Positions 41,009 through 51,391 of a stretch of DNA of 64,000 bases are shown one piece after another. The notes beneath the pieces are model-generated. The model saw only the letters and a list, made by a program, of their open reading frames with translations, was not told the origin of the DNA and did not search any database. Positions within the stretch are counted from its first letter, which is position 1; each line of letters starts with the position of its first letter. A program made the translations under genes and the position numbers. Origin of the DNA: an uncultured Chloroflexia bacterium (GTDB lineage Bacteria > Chloroflexota > Limnocylindria > Limnocylindrales > CSP1-4); assembly GCA_963768655.1 (NCBI GenBank), contig CAVYIM010000009.1, forward strand, positions 1 through 64,000. Direction: 5' to 3'.

Positions 41009-42028
41009 ATGACGCAGAAACCGGCCCTGGACAGCTCGCCCTACGTGGCCCCGGCCGCGAGATACGAGGCCATGCTCTATCGACGGTCCGGCCGGAGCGG
41101 GCTCAAGCTGCCCGTTCTCTCGCTCGGCTTCTGGCACAACTTCGGGGACGGGGCGCCGCTCAGCACGCAGCGGGCCATCGTCCGTCGCGCGTTCGATCTC
41201 GGCATCAGTCACTTCGACCTGGCCAACAACTACGGCCCGCCCTACGGCTCGGCCGAGGAGAACGCCGGGCGCATTCTCCGCTCCGACTTCGGGCGGTACC
41301 GGGACGAGCTGGTCATCTCGACCAAGGCCGGCTGGGACATGTGGCCGGGGCCGTACGGCGACCTGGGCTCGCGCAAGTACCTGCTGGCCAGCCTCGACCA
41401 GAGCCTGCGGCGGCTCGGGCTCGAATACGTCGACATCTTCTACTCGCACCGCCTCGACCCGGACTCGCCGCTCGAGGAGACGCTCGGCGCGCTCGATACG
41501 GCCGTGCGTCAGGGCAAGGCGCTGTACGCCGGCATTTCCTCGTACCCGCCGGCCGAGACGCGCCGGGCGGCGGCGATCCTCCGCGACCTGGGCACGCCGC
41601 TGCTCATCCACCAGCCGTCTTACTCGATGCTGAACCGCCGGATCGAGGACGGCTTGCTCGACGTCCTCGGCGAAGAACAGGTCGGCTGCATCCCGTTCTC
41701 GCCCCTGGCCCAGGGCCAGCTCACCAAGCGCTACCTCGACGGTGTCCCGGCCGGGTCGCGGGCGACGCACTCGCCGTTCCTCCATGTCGAGGAGATCGAG
41801 AAGAACCTGCCGCGCATTCGCGCCCTGAACGCGATCGCGGGGCGCCGCGGCCAGAGCCTGGCCCAGATGGCCCTGGCCTGGGTGCTGCGCGATCCGCGGG
41901 TGACCTCCGCGATCATCGGCGCCAGCTCGGTCGACCAGCTGGAGGACAACGTCCGGGCGCTCGAGAAGCTCGACTTCGCGCCGGAGGAGCTGGCCGAGAT
42001 CGACCGCTGCCTGGCCGGGGGCAAGTAG
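41009..42028 (+). CDS. Aldo/keto reductase, L-glyceraldehyde-3-phosphate reductase (YghZ/MgrA-like)
   Basis: SLGFWHNFG, FDLANNYGPPYGSAE, ISTKAG, YVDIFYSHR; AGGAGG RBS. Confidence 0.93.
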   Translation: MTQKPALDSSPYVAPAARYEAMLYRRSGRSGLKLPVLSLGFWHNFGDGAPLSTQRAIVRRAFDLGISHFDLANNYGPPYGSAEENAGRILRSDFGRYRDELVISTKAGWDMWPGPYGDLGSRKYLLASLDQSLRRLGLEYVDIFYSHRLDPDSPLEETLGALDTAVRQGKALYAGISSYPPAETRRAAAILRDLGTPLLIHQPSYSMLNRRIEDGLLDVLGEEQVGCIPFSPLAQGQLTKRYLDGVPAGSRATHSPFLHVEEIEKNLPRIRALNAIAGRRGQSLAQMALAWVLRDPRVTSAIIGASSVDQLEDNVRALEKLDFAPEELAEIDRCLAGGK

Positions 42029-42513
42029 GACGCCGACATCGCGCCTGCGAGTGGAGCGTCGCCGCGGCTCAGTCGCGGGGCGCGCCGCGGGCCGGCGCGG
42101 CCGGCGTGTTTTCGCCACATACGCCTGGTAGGAGTGTTAGCCGCGGACTTCGCCGACCGCGGAGGCCGGGGCGCCGGGCTCCGAGCGTGGGACGGGCGGA
42201 TTCGTGCTCCGCTGAGCGCTCGTGGGCCGCGTTTCGGGCTCCGGACTGTGGATTGCACGCCCACTGCTGGTATCTGACGGAAACTCGGATCGGCGGCGCC
42301 CCGCCCTGCCCCGCGCCCTGCCCCGCGGCTCAGTCGCCCCGCCCCGCGGCGCCCGCCGCACTCGCTCGGTTTCGGGCCGGCGGCCCATTCCGCGATTGCC
42401 GTGTATGCTTAGTGCCTTCGTGAACGAATGGGCGCTCCGGTCTGCGCCCCGGTGATGCGCCGTCCGATCTCGATCCACTTCTCGCCCTGACCGGTCCCGC
42501 TGGACAAACGCGG

Positions 42514-44238
42514 GTGGGCCGTCAGGAGCCTTGCTCTCATGTCTTCATATCAACTCGGGCGTGCGCCCGAGCGCTCGGCGCCGCGCGCTCGGCCGGGGCC
42601 GGCAAACCAGTCGCCGGCGCCCCAGTCGCCGCCGGCCGCCCAGCCCCCTCGTTCGACCGGCTCGGCCTCGCGCCCGACCTTCTTCGAACGGTGGCCGCTC
42701 AGGGCTACACCGAACCGACTCCGGTCCAGGCCCAGTCGATCCCGATCGTGCTCGCCGGCCGCGACCTCCTTTCCAGCGCCCAGACGGGCACGGGCAAGAC
42801 CGCGGCGTTCGTGCTGCCGATCCTCCAGCTCCTCCATGCCAGCCGGGTCGCGCCCCGGCCCGTCTCGCCCGGCCGGGGCCTGCCGCGTGGCGCGACGGGT
42901 CAGCCGATCCGCTGCCTGGTGCTCACGCCCACGCGCGAGCTGGCGCTCCAGGTCGAGGAAAGCGTCCGAACCTACGGCGCCGGGCGGCCCATTCGCTCGA
43001 CCACCATCTACGGCGGCGTCGGGTTCCAGCCGCAGGTCAACGCCCTGCGCGGCGGCCCGGAGATCGTGGTCGCCACGCCCGGACGGCTCCTCGACCATGC
43101 CGGCCAGGGGACGATCGACCTCGGGTCGGTCGAGATCCTCGTCCTCGACGAGGCCGACCGGATGCTCGACATGGGCTTCATCCGCGACATCCGCAAGATC
43201 CTTGCCCTGCTGCCGGCGCGGCGCCAGAACCTGCTCTTCTCGGCTACCTTCTCGGACGAGATCCGAGAGCTGGCGGGCGGCCTGCTGCACGAGCCGGCCC
43301 AGGTCCAGATCGCGCGCCGAAACGCACCCATCGAGCTGGTTCGCCAGGTCGTCTACCCGGTCGACCGCGAGCGCAAGCGCGAGCTGCTGAGCTACCTCGT
43401 CCGCAGCGGGCGGATCGACCGGGCGCTCGTCTTCACTCGAACCAAGCACGGCGCCAACCGCCTGGCCGAGCAGCTCGGTCAGGACGGCATCCTCGCCGCG
43501 GCGATCCACGGCAACAAGAGCCAGAGCCAGCGCGTGCACGCCCTCGACGATTTCAAGGCCGGACGGGTCGCCATCCTGGTGGCGACCGAGATCGCGGCGC
43601 GCGGCCTCGACATCGACGGCCTGCCGCACGTCGTGAACTACGAGTTGCCGATGGTTGCCCAGGACTACGTCCACCGCATCGGGCGGACAGGACGCGCCGG
43701 CATGGAGGGCGACGCGGTGTCGCTGGTCTGCATCGACGAGAACCTGCTGCTCGGCGAGATCGAGGCGCTGCTCCGCGGCCCGATCAGGCGCGAGGTCGTC
43801 CCCGGCTTCGAAGTCGACCGATCGATCCGCCGCGAGCCGATCCGCCAGCGCTCCGGCGACCTCCGACCGAACGCCGGCCGACGCGCCCCGGCTCGCCAGG
43901 CGGCGTCGCCAACTCGTCCGGCGGCGGCGCCAGGCGGCTACCGGCCGCAGGCACCGGCCCGTCCCGCCACTCGGCTCGCGGCTCGTCCGGCCGCACGCGC
44001 GGCCGCTCCGGGCGGTTACCGCCGACCCGTGCCGGCTGACTTCCGTCAGCCCGCAAACAGCGCATCGTCGATCGGCTACATGCCGGCTCGCCGGCCGAAC
44101 GGCCACGCCCGCCCAACGCCGCTCGCCCGACCGGCCGAGCGCGAGGCGCCCCACCCGTCCCAGCGGCGCGAGCCGAGCGCCCCGCTAGCGGCTCTTCCCG
44201 GCGAGCGCATCGTCCGCCTCGGCAACCGCCCCGGCTGA
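42514..44238 (+). CDS. DEAD-box RNA helicase (RhlE-like); start uncertain, possible frameshift near 42645
   Basis: [39 protein letters not shown]. Confidence 0.93.
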   Translation: MGRQEPCSHVFISTRACARALGAARSAGAGKPVAGAPVAAGRPAPSFDRLGLAPDLLRTVAAQGYTEPTPVQAQSIPIVLAGRDLLSSAQTGTGKTAAFVLPILQLLHASRVAPRPVSPGRGLPRGATGQPIRCLVLTPTRELALQVEESVRTYGAGRPIRSTTIYGGVGFQPQVNALRGGPEIVVATPGRLLDHAGQGTIDLGSVEILVLDEADRMLDMGFIRDIRKILALLPARRQNLLFSATFSDEIRELAGGLLHEPAQVQIARRNAPIELVRQVVYPVDRERKRELLSYLVRSGRIDRALVFTRTKHGANRLAEQLGQDGILAAAIHGNKSQSQRVHALDDFKAGRVAILVATEIAARGLDIDGLPHVVNYELPMVAQDYVHRIGRTGRAGMEGDAVSLVCIDENLLLGEIEALLRGPIRREVVPGFEVDRSIRREPIRQRSGDLRPNAGRRAPARQAASPTRPAAAPGGYRPQAPARPATRLAARPAARAAAPGGYRRPVPADFRQPANSASSIGYMPARRPNGHARPTPLARPAEREAPHPSQRREPSAPLAALPGERIVRLGNRPG

Positions 44239-44293
44239 CCGCCGATCACGGGGCAGCGTGCTCCCGTGGGATTCGGCCGCAGGTCCGCCCCGG

Positions 44294-44333
44294 AAGCCGA
44301 AGGTCGGAGGCTCAAGTCCTCTCGCGGTGACCA
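44294..44333 (+). pseudogene. tRNA 3'-half fragment (att-site-like remnant)
   Basis: AAGCCGA-AGGTC-GGAGG CTCAAGT CCTCT-CGCGGTG-A-CCA matches anticodon 3' strand, variable loop, T arm, acceptor strand and CCA; no 5' half. Confidence 0.65.
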
Positions 44334-44440
44334 TTCAGGCAGTTCTGCGGCCTACCCTCACTGATTCCGCCCGCACGATCCATGCTTGGCGAGACTCCCT
44401 GGGGCGCTCGGCTGGATCTGTGGCCGACCGTTCGACTGCC

Positions 44441-44857
44441 TCACCGATTGGCCAGGCTAGCCAAGAACTCGGCGGGAGTCATGACCGGCACGACGTCCCG
44501 GAGAACAAGCAGGTGTGAGTCGCCAGACACCAACACGTCCGCAGCCGCGGCACGCGCAAGGTCGAGCAGATACTCGTCGTCCGGGTCAGCGCTGAGCGAC
44601 TCCCCGGCCGGCGGCGGGTCGTCGTGGATCGTTCCCTCATGGCCGATGAGCTCCATGTAGGCGGCGGCTTCGGCCGCGGTGACATAGGGGCGGAACTTGG
44701 GGCGCCCTAGGACCTCGCCAAGCTCGGCCAACAGGTTCGGCGAGACGACGAGCTCGAATGCGCCGGCGCGCAGCTCAAGCAGGAGCGCCGCGCTCGGACC
44801 GCCCGGACTTATCAGCGCCGAAACGAGGACGTTGGTGTCAAGAACCGCGCGAGGCAC
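44441..44857 (-). CDS. PIN-domain toxin (PIN_3 type)
   Basis: AVLDTNVLVSALI, LLAEL, DPDDEYLL, LVSGDSHLL. Confidence 0.9.
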   Translation of the reverse strand: MPRAVLDTNVLVSALISPGGPSAALLLELRAGAFELVVSPNLLAELGEVLGRPKFRPYVTAAEAAAYMELIGHEGTIHDDPPPAGESLSADPDDEYLLDLARAAAADVLVSGDSHLLVLRDVVPVMTPAEFLASLANR

Positions 44858-45086
44858 GCTTCTCGGTCCGGGCCGCGTGGGTTTCGTCGACCGCGAGACG
44901 CATCGCTTCGTCCTCGCCTAGACCGGAGCGGGCCCAGACGCTCGCGAGAACGTCGAAGCCGAGGTATGCGCGCAGCGCCTCCTCCACCACCTCCGAGTCG
45001 CGCTTCTCGGTGCGGGCTGCGCGAACTCGAGCTGCCCGCATCACGTCCGCATCGACATACAGGGTCACTTTCTTCTTCGTCGCCAT
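44838..45086 (-). CDS. Ribbon-helix-helix antitoxin
   Basis: KKKVTLYVDADVMRAARVRAA..SEVVEEALR; overlaps the toxin start. Confidence 0.85.
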   Translation of the reverse strand: MATKKKVTLYVDADVMRAARVRAARTEKRDSEVVEEALRAYLGFDVLASVWARSGLGEDEAMRLAVDETHAARTEKRASRGS

Positions 45087-45089
45087 GGC

Positions 45090-45111
45090 GCCATCATACC
45101 GGCATGATGGC
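45090..45111. promoter_or_regulatory. Operator-like palindrome overlapping the TA -10 box
   Basis: GCCATCAT-N6-ATGATGGC overlapping minus-strand TATGAT. Confidence 0.6.
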
Positions 45112-45278
45112 ATAGCGGCAAGACGGGTCAGACCTGAAGCGCCGTTCATGGATGGCCGCGGCCAGGCCGACCGCGACCCAACTCGGCACGACGATCCGCC
45201 ACGTGAGAATCGCCGGCCCCAATCCTCTCGCCCCGACCACCTGCATGGTTTCGAACCTCGCGCCGAGCGCCGGCCCGG

Positions 45279-45845
45279 TCAGCGCACGCGGAAGGGGGCG
45301 CCGTGGCCGGGGATCACGACGTCGACGCCGTCGAGCAGGCGCTGGCGGTTGCGGGCAAGCTCGGCCGGGTCGGTCGAGTACGGATCCACCTCGGGTGTTC
45401 GGTCGGAGCGCCACCACAGGTGGGTGAAGGCGTCGCGTCCTTCGGCCGTGTCTACGATCAGGCTGGCGTCCTGCGGGGTGTGACCCGGCGTGACCCATAT
45501 CGTCGTGTTGGGCCCGAGCTTGAAGCCCTCGCCCTGGTGCGCGTTCACCTGGTCGTCGCGTCGAGCCGAGCGGAAGTCGACGACCTCCGCCTGCCGAAAG
45601 AGGGCGATGTTGACGGTGTGGTCGAGGTGGTGGTGCGAGACGAAGACGTGGGTCACCTCGTCCGCCGAGATGCCGAGCCGCTCGAGCGGGTCAAGGATCA
45701 GCGAGCGGCTCCTGACCATGCCCGGGTCGACGACGATGACGCGATCGCCGTCGCGGACCAGGCCCACGGTTCCGGCGACCGACGGCGAGTCGGCGTAGCC
45801 GACCACCAGGATGTCGACCTGCGCTGGAGCGATGGCTGCGGACAC
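45279..45845 (-). CDS. Metallo-beta-lactamase-fold hydrolase
   Basis: VVDPG, SHHHLDH, TPGHT, IPGH. Confidence 0.88.
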   Translation of the reverse strand: MSAAIAPAQVDILVVGYADSPSVAGTVGLVRDGDRVIVVDPGMVRSRSLILDPLERLGISADEVTHVFVSHHHLDHTVNIALFRQAEVVDFRSARRDDQVNAHQGEGFKLGPNTTIWVTPGHTPQDASLIVDTAEGRDAFTHLWWRSDRTPEVDPYSTDPAELARNRQRLLDGVDVVIPGHGAPFRVR

Positions 45846-46382
45846 TTGGGCTCCTCCCTGGGTTTCGGGCCCGGCCGGCGGCGCCGGGGCCGCGGCGACC
45901 GGCGGCGGATGGCCGAGAATCGCGGCCGCCTGCGCAATTCTCCCCTATTCCGCCACGTGACTCACACATCAGGTTCAGGGAATCGAAAGGTTGCGCGGTT
46001 CAGATTCGGGTCAATGGCACAGGGCAGGCCGCCGTCAGAGGCCTTAAACTGGAGCCGGAACAGTGAGGCAGTTCGATGGCGATAGCTGGAACGCACCGGG
46101 GCCCGATCTCCGGGCTCACCCACATCCACCTGGTTCGCGAGAGCCCGGCTGTCCGAAGCCGCCGTTCGGCGGACCACGAGAAGGTCGCGGCCACGGGCGC
46201 CGGCGAGATGGACCCCTCGATCGCGAGCCAGCCCGCCGCTGCCGGGGAGTTGCGGTCGACCTCAGCCAGGCCGGCGGTAAGCCCGCGAATGACTGGCTGG
46301 TAAGCCCGGCCGAATGACCGGCTGCTAAGCTCCGATCCGAGCCTCGCGTCGCTGGAGGCTGGCCCTCCCCGAGGTCGGATCG

Positions 46383-48371
46383 TTGACCGCCGCGCTCTCC
46401 GCCGAACGACTGCTCGAAGACCTCAACCCATCGCAACGCGAGGCCGTGACCACCACTTCGGGTCCGCTCGCGATAATCGCCGGCGCGGGCTCGGGCAAGA
46501 CGCGCGTCATCAGCCGGCGGGCGGCGTACGCCATCGAAACGAGCGCGGTTCCGCCGGATCAGATCCTGCTCGTGACGTTCACGGACAAGGCCGCGGGCGA
46601 GATGGTGGGGCGGATGACGGCGCTGGGCCATCGCGGCGTCATGGCCCGCACGTTCCACGCCGCGGCGCTCGCCCAGCTGCGGCACTTCTGGCCGGGCCGC
46701 CACGACGGCACGCCGCTGCCCGCGATCCTCGACTCGAAGCTGCGCCTGATCGTGCCGCTCATCGGCCGGCTGCCGGGCGGCTATCGCTTCACGCCGGCGA
46801 AAGACGTGGCCGACACGATCGAATGGGCGAAGGTGCGCCGCATCCGGCCCGGGCGCTGGGTCCAGGAAGGCGGCGATCGAGCCCCGATCCCGGCCGACCT
46901 GTTCGGCCGCGTCTACCGCGATTACGAGCGCTCGAAGGCAGACGCCGGCCTGCTCGATTTCGAAGACATGCTCGTCCAGACGGTCGAGCTTCTGGAGGCC
47001 GACGCCGAGGCGGCCGCGCTGGTTCGATCGCGTAAGCGCTGGTTCAGCGTCGACGAATACCAGGACACGAATCCGCTGTCCGAACGGCTCCTCGAGCTGT
47101 GGCTCGGCGAATCTCGCGATCTGGCGGTGGTCGGCGATCCGGACCAGACGATCTACTCCTTCACCGGTGCAACGCCGGAGTTCCTGCTCAGCTTCGCCGA
47201 GCGCCATCCCGGCGCGCGAACCGTCACGCTCGCGCAGAACTACCGCTCCAGCCCGCAGATCCTGGAGCTGGCCAACCGGATCGTCGCCGGCGGGCCGCGC
47301 GGCGCGCTGCGGGCGACCCGGGCCGACGGACCGCGGCCCGCCGTCCATCGCTTCGCGGATTCCGAGGCCGAGCTGCGCGAGATCGTCGCTTGGCGCCGCG
47401 CCGCTAGCGCCGCCGGAGTCGCGGCATCGGAGACGGCCGTCCTCGTGCGCGTCAACGCCCAGCTGCCGGCCATCGAGGACGCGCTGACGCGCGCCGGCAT
47501 CGCGTTCACCGTTCGCGGCCAGCGGTTCTTCGATCGGCGCGAGATCCGCGAGGCGGTGCGGCTCCTGAGCCGGGAGCGGCCGGCCGAGTCGGGCGGAGCG
47601 CTCGTCGCCGCCGTCGAGCGGCTGCTCGTGGAGCGGATGGGCCTGGACGACGTCGCCGCCGATGCCGGCTCCGAAGGCCGCGAGCGCGCCGCGTCGCTCG
47701 AACTGCTGCTCGGCATCCTGGAGGACCTCGCGGCCGCGGACCCGGCGCTCGGCATCGACGCCGTCCTCGCCGAGCTGGATCGCCGCGCGACGGCTGAGGC
47801 CGCCGACTCGGCGGACGGCGTGAACCTGCTGACCTACCACCGTGCCAAGGGCCTCGAATGGGATGCCGTCTACCTGCCGGCGCTCGACGAAGGCTTGCTG
47901 CCGATCCGCCAGGCGAAGGAGGAAGACGAGATCGCCGAGGAGCGCCGCCTGCTGTATGTCGGGATCACCCGCGCCCGCAGGTTCCTGGCGCTCTCGTCAT
48001 CGTCGCGCCGCCCGTCGCGGTTCCTCGCGGCCCTGGATCCGGCGAAGCCGAAGGCGCCGCGTTCGGCCGGCGCCGCCGGCCGAGGGTCGAGCCGCGCCCG
48101 CGTCCTGCCCGGCGCGCCGGTGGCAGAGCCGGCCGCCCCCGACGACGCGCTGCTCGAAGCACTCCGCCGCTGGCGCCGCGAGCGCGCATCGGCCGACGGC
48201 GTGCCGGCCTACGTCGTCGCCCACGACACCACCTTGGCAGAGATAGCCGACGTGCGCCCGCGCTCCCTGCCCGCGCTCCGCCGCGTCCGCGGCATGGGCC
48301 CTATGAAGCTGGAGCGTTACGGCCCGGAGATTCTGGCGGTCATCGACCGCGCCGGTCAGCCTCGGCCCTAG
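46383..48371 (+). CDS. UvrD2-like ATP-dependent DNA helicase with C-terminal HRDC domain
   Basis: AGAGSGKT, VDEYQD, VGDPDQ, NYRS, HRAKGLEW, EERRLLYVGITRA; HRDC VPAYVVAHD. Confidence 0.93.
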   Translation: MTAALSAERLLEDLNPSQREAVTTTSGPLAIIAGAGSGKTRVISRRAAYAIETSAVPPDQILLVTFTDKAAGEMVGRMTALGHRGVMARTFHAAALAQLRHFWPGRHDGTPLPAILDSKLRLIVPLIGRLPGGYRFTPAKDVADTIEWAKVRRIRPGRWVQEGGDRAPIPADLFGRVYRDYERSKADAGLLDFEDMLVQTVELLEADAEAAALVRSRKRWFSVDEYQDTNPLSERLLELWLGESRDLAVVGDPDQTIYSFTGATPEFLLSFAERHPGARTVTLAQNYRSSPQILELANRIVAGGPRGALRATRADGPRPAVHRFADSEAELREIVAWRRAASAAGVAASETAVLVRVNAQLPAIEDALTRAGIAFTVRGQRFFDRREIREAVRLLSRERPAESGGALVAAVERLLVERMGLDDVAADAGSEGRERAASLELLLGILEDLAAADPALGIDAVLAELDRRATAEAADSADGVNLLTYHRAKGLEWDAVYLPALDEGLLPIRQAKEEDEIAEERRLLYVGITRARRFLALSSSSRRPSRFLAALDPAKPKAPRSAGAAGRGSSRARVLPGAPVAEPAAPDDALLEALRRWRRERASADGVPAYVVAHDTTLAEIADVRPRSLPALRRVRGMGPMKLERYGPEILAVIDRAGQPRP

Positions 48372-49216
48372 AAGAAGGCTGCCGGAGGCCGGCCGAAGAG
48401 CGCCCGGACGGCCCTCGTGTTCAGGTACGCAAGTATCGAACCGTGGACGACAACGCCGACCAGGTCCGAGGTGTCGAAGCCCCACAGGTACAGCGAGATG
48501 GCGATGAGGCCGATCAGGACGAGGCTGAGGAGGCATGCTCGGCCCCACGCCCACTGCTGCATGGCCCATAGAGATCTGGCGAGGTCGAACACGGCGATCG
48601 ACGTCGCAAAGTAAGCCACACCCATGATGAAGTCGACGGCGACTTCCCCGTTGTCCCCGTAGCTGGTGGCCCAGTTGGCCCAGCCGAACAGGTCGAGTGC
48701 GACGTACAACCCAACCAGACCGATGACGACCTCGACTACGGCCAGGACCGAGATCCCGAACGGCCGCGCTGCGCTGGTCACGGCCGGGCTGCCGACCTGG
48801 TAGCCGGCCGGCGGCGCGCCATAGGGTCCGGTGGCGCCGTTCCAGGGCGGAGCGGGCTGGGCTCCGGACTGACCGAACGGGCTGGGTTGGGGCGCCCCTC
48901 CGGCCCCGGGCCATGGTGGTGGCACGACCGGCGGCGCGCCGGGCGGCGCGTATTGCGGCGGCGCGCCGAGCGGCGCGTATTGCGGCGCCGCGACCGCGGG
49001 CGGATACGGCGCCGCGAACTGCGGCGGAGCGGCAGGGGCGCCCGGGGTCGGCGCGGCCGTGAAGGCCGGCGGAACCGAGGCATATGGGGTCGGGGGCTGG
49101 CCCGGTGGGATGACGGCCTGCCCATTCGAAGCCAGGCTCGAGCCGCAGGCGTAACAGGACGTCGCCCCGGCCCACGATCGAGCGCCGCAGCGCCCGCACA
49201 CAATCACGTCCGCCAA
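48368..49216 (-). CDS. Hypothetical membrane protein (zinc ribbon, Pro-rich linker, four TM)
   Basis: CGRCG..CYACG; RPFGISVLA..YLNTRAVRALF. Confidence 0.75.
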   Translation of the reverse strand: MADVIVCGRCGARSWAGATSCYACGSSLASNGQAVIPPGQPPTPYASVPPAFTAAPTPGAPAAPPQFAAPYPPAVAAPQYAPLGAPPQYAPPGAPPVVPPPWPGAGGAPQPSPFGQSGAQPAPPWNGATGPYGAPPAGYQVGSPAVTSAARPFGISVLAVVEVVIGLVGLYVALDLFGWANWATSYGDNGEVAVDFIMGVAYFATSIAVFDLARSLWAMQQWAWGRACLLSLVLIGLIAISLYLWGFDTSDLVGVVVHGSILAYLNTRAVRALFGRPPAAFF

Positions 49217-49552
49217 CTGGAGCCCTCCTAGAAACGCAGCGTTGAACCTTCAGCCGTCGGGCCGTCTCGCTGGCGAGCCTCTTGACCCTCCGACGGCGCC
49301 GCCTGGAGGTCAGACAGACGGGACCGGCGAGGTCAACCGATTCGGAACGCGAGAGGACGATCCGCACGAGAGAAGGTCGTGCGCAAATCCTACCCTGTCA
49401 GATAGGCCGAGATCAGGCTCGATCGTGCGACAACTACGAGGGGCGCGTCCTGGCGCGGGCGCCGCCGCTCCGGGTGAACCGATGTGGCGCCTGTCCATCG
49501 GTTGGAGGCTCGGTTGTCGTCTCGGTCTCTCGCTCGCCGTGGTGGCCCCAAT

Positions 49553-50083
49553 TCAGGCGGTCCGGCGAAGTCGAGGCAGGATGTCCGCGACGATCTCCGG
49601 CGGGGGTCGGTGCGCGGCGAGTGCGGCGCCGGGCTCGTCGGGTTCGAGCGGCTCGAGCGTCTCGAGCTGGCTGGCCAGGAGCGCGGGGGGCATGTAGTGC
49701 CCCTGCCGGTGCTCCAGGCGATCGGCGATGACGTCCGGCCCGACGACAAGGTGAGCGAACCAGACCGAGGCGTGGCCGCGCCGCAGCAGGTCGCGGTAGG
49801 CGCGCCGCAGTGCCGAGCAAGTGACCAGCGCGTTCTCCCCGGCTCGCTCGCGCTCGCCGATCCACGCCGCGAGGGACTCCAGCCAGGGCCAGCGGTCCTC
49901 GTCGGTGAGCGGCGTGCCCGAGCGCATCTTCGCCACGTTGGCGAGCGAGTGGAAATCGTCCGCTTCCGCGGCCGGCCAGCCGAGCTCGTCGGCGAGCGCT
50001 CGCATGACGGTCGACTTGCCGCAGCCGGACACGCCCATGACGACGATCGTCGTGGTCGGCGAGGGCTGACCCGGGTCAGTCAT
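49553..50083 (-). CDS. gntK: Gluconokinase (GntK/IdnK type)
   Basis: MGVSGCGKST, ADDFH, KMRSGTPLTDEDRWPWL, CSALRRAYR, LLASQLETLE; overlaps larC stop. Confidence 0.93.
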   Translation of the reverse strand: MTDPGQPSPTTTIVVMGVSGCGKSTVMRALADELGWPAAEADDFHSLANVAKMRSGTPLTDEDRWPWLESLAAWIGERERAGENALVTCSALRRAYRDLLRRGHASVWFAHLVVGPDVIADRLEHRQGHYMPPALLASQLETLEPLEPDEPGAALAAHRPPPEIVADILPRLRRTA

Positions 50084-51293
50084 CGCGGCCACGAGCCAGC
50101 GCCGCGGCGCGCTCCAGGACGGTGCGGACCGGCAGCCCCAGTCGCTCGGCCGCGGCCGCCGCGTCGGCGTATTCCGCCTGCACCGTCACCGGCCGGCCGT
50201 CGAGCAGGCCGCGCTTGACGCGAACCGCGCAGCCATCCACCGAGACGACGACTTCGTCGCGGGGCAGCGCCCGGCGAGTGACCGGCCGAACCCGAACGCC
50301 GAGCGTGGTCGATTGAGTGAACAGCACCCGAGCGGCGGCGTCGACGACCTCCTCGCCGACCAGCGCCGTCACGACGTGCCCGGGCCGGCCCTTGCGCATG
50401 ACGACCGGCGTCAGCCAGGCGTCGACGGCCCCCGCGGCAACGAGTGCGTCGAGCACCGCCGGCCAGAGTCGCGGATCGAGGTCGTCGACGGTCGCCGCCA
50501 GCTCGAGCAGGTCGTCATTGCGCCACGGAACGCCGGCCGGCGCCAGGGCGGTGCCGAGCACGACCCTCAGGACGTTGGCACGCTCAGGCGGATCCGCGGA
50601 GCCGGCGCCGACGCCGGTGGAGTCGATGCGCATCGGCGCCAGCGCGCCCCACTCTTTGGCGAGGGTCGCGAGAAGCGCCGCCCCGGTGGGCGTGCACAGC
50701 TCCCCGTCGCCGCCCGCGACTACGGGCACGCCTCGCCCGGCGAGGATCGCCAGGACCGCCGGCACCGGGATTGGCAGCAGGCCGTGCGCCGTCTCCACGC
50801 TGCCGGAGCCCAGCGCGAGGGAGCCGACAACCACGCGCGCGTTCGGCTCGAGCAAGCCAAGTGAGTCCAGCGCCGCGGCGCAGCCGACAACGTCGGCCAG
50901 CGAGTCGAGCGCGCCGACTTCGTGCAGGTGGACCTGCGCCAGGTCCTCGCCGTGGACGGCGGCCTCCGCGGTGCCGAGCACTCGGAACACGTCCGTGGCA
51001 AAGGCGCCCACGGCCGGCGCAAGCTTGGCCGCGGCGGCGAGAGCCAGCACGTCGCCGACCGTGCGCCGCGCCGCCGTGTCGTGGACCACCACCTCCGCCT
51101 TCGTCGCCCTCAGCCCGTGGCGACGGACCTGCCGGGGTCGGATCTCGATCGGCTCGACGCCCAGCGCCGCGATAGCCGCAGCCACCGCCTCGAGGGGCGC
51201 TCCGGCGTCGAGCAGCGCGCCCAGCAGCATGTCGCCCGACGCGCCGGCCGAGGCATCGATCCACGCGCAACGTCCGGCTTGTGCCACTGGCAT
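50076..51293 (-). CDS. larC: Nickel pincer cofactor nickel-insertion protein LarC
   Basis: GASGDMLLGAL, EAAVHG, VHLHEVGALDS, HGLLPIPVPA, ELCTPTGAA, MRKGRPG, TTLGVR, EYAD. Confidence 0.93.
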   Translation of the reverse strand: MPVAQAGRCAWIDASAGASGDMLLGALLDAGAPLEAVAAAIAALGVEPIEIRPRQVRRHGLRATKAEVVVHDTAARRTVGDVLALAAAAKLAPAVGAFATDVFRVLGTAEAAVHGEDLAQVHLHEVGALDSLADVVGCAAALDSLGLLEPNARVVVGSLALGSGSVETAHGLLPIPVPAVLAILAGRGVPVVAGGDGELCTPTGAALLATLAKEWGALAPMRIDSTGVGAGSADPPERANVLRVVLGTALAPAGVPWRNDDLLELAATVDDLDPRLWPAVLDALVAAGAVDAWLTPVVMRKGRPGHVVTALVGEEVVDAAARVLFTQSTTLGVRVRPVTRRALPRDEVVVSVDGCAVRVKRGLLDGRPVTVQAEYADAAAAAERLGLPVRTVLERAAALARGRDD

Positions 51294-51391
51294 CTCCTCG
51301 CGGATAGGGCAACACTATGGGCGACAGCCAGTCGAGTCTGACACAAGCTCGCCTATCCGGGCCAGCGCGCCGGAGAAATGGAAGGACCGCA

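Noticed and set aside
21872-44333. Single 22-kb island bounded by tRNA-Arg and the tRNA fragment
   Set aside because: The fragment's T-arm and acceptor strand differ from tRNA-Arg and no integrase is present; not supportable as an attL/attR pair
50076-51293. Programmed frameshift in larC, as in some lactobacilli
   Set aside because: larC is one continuous ORF here
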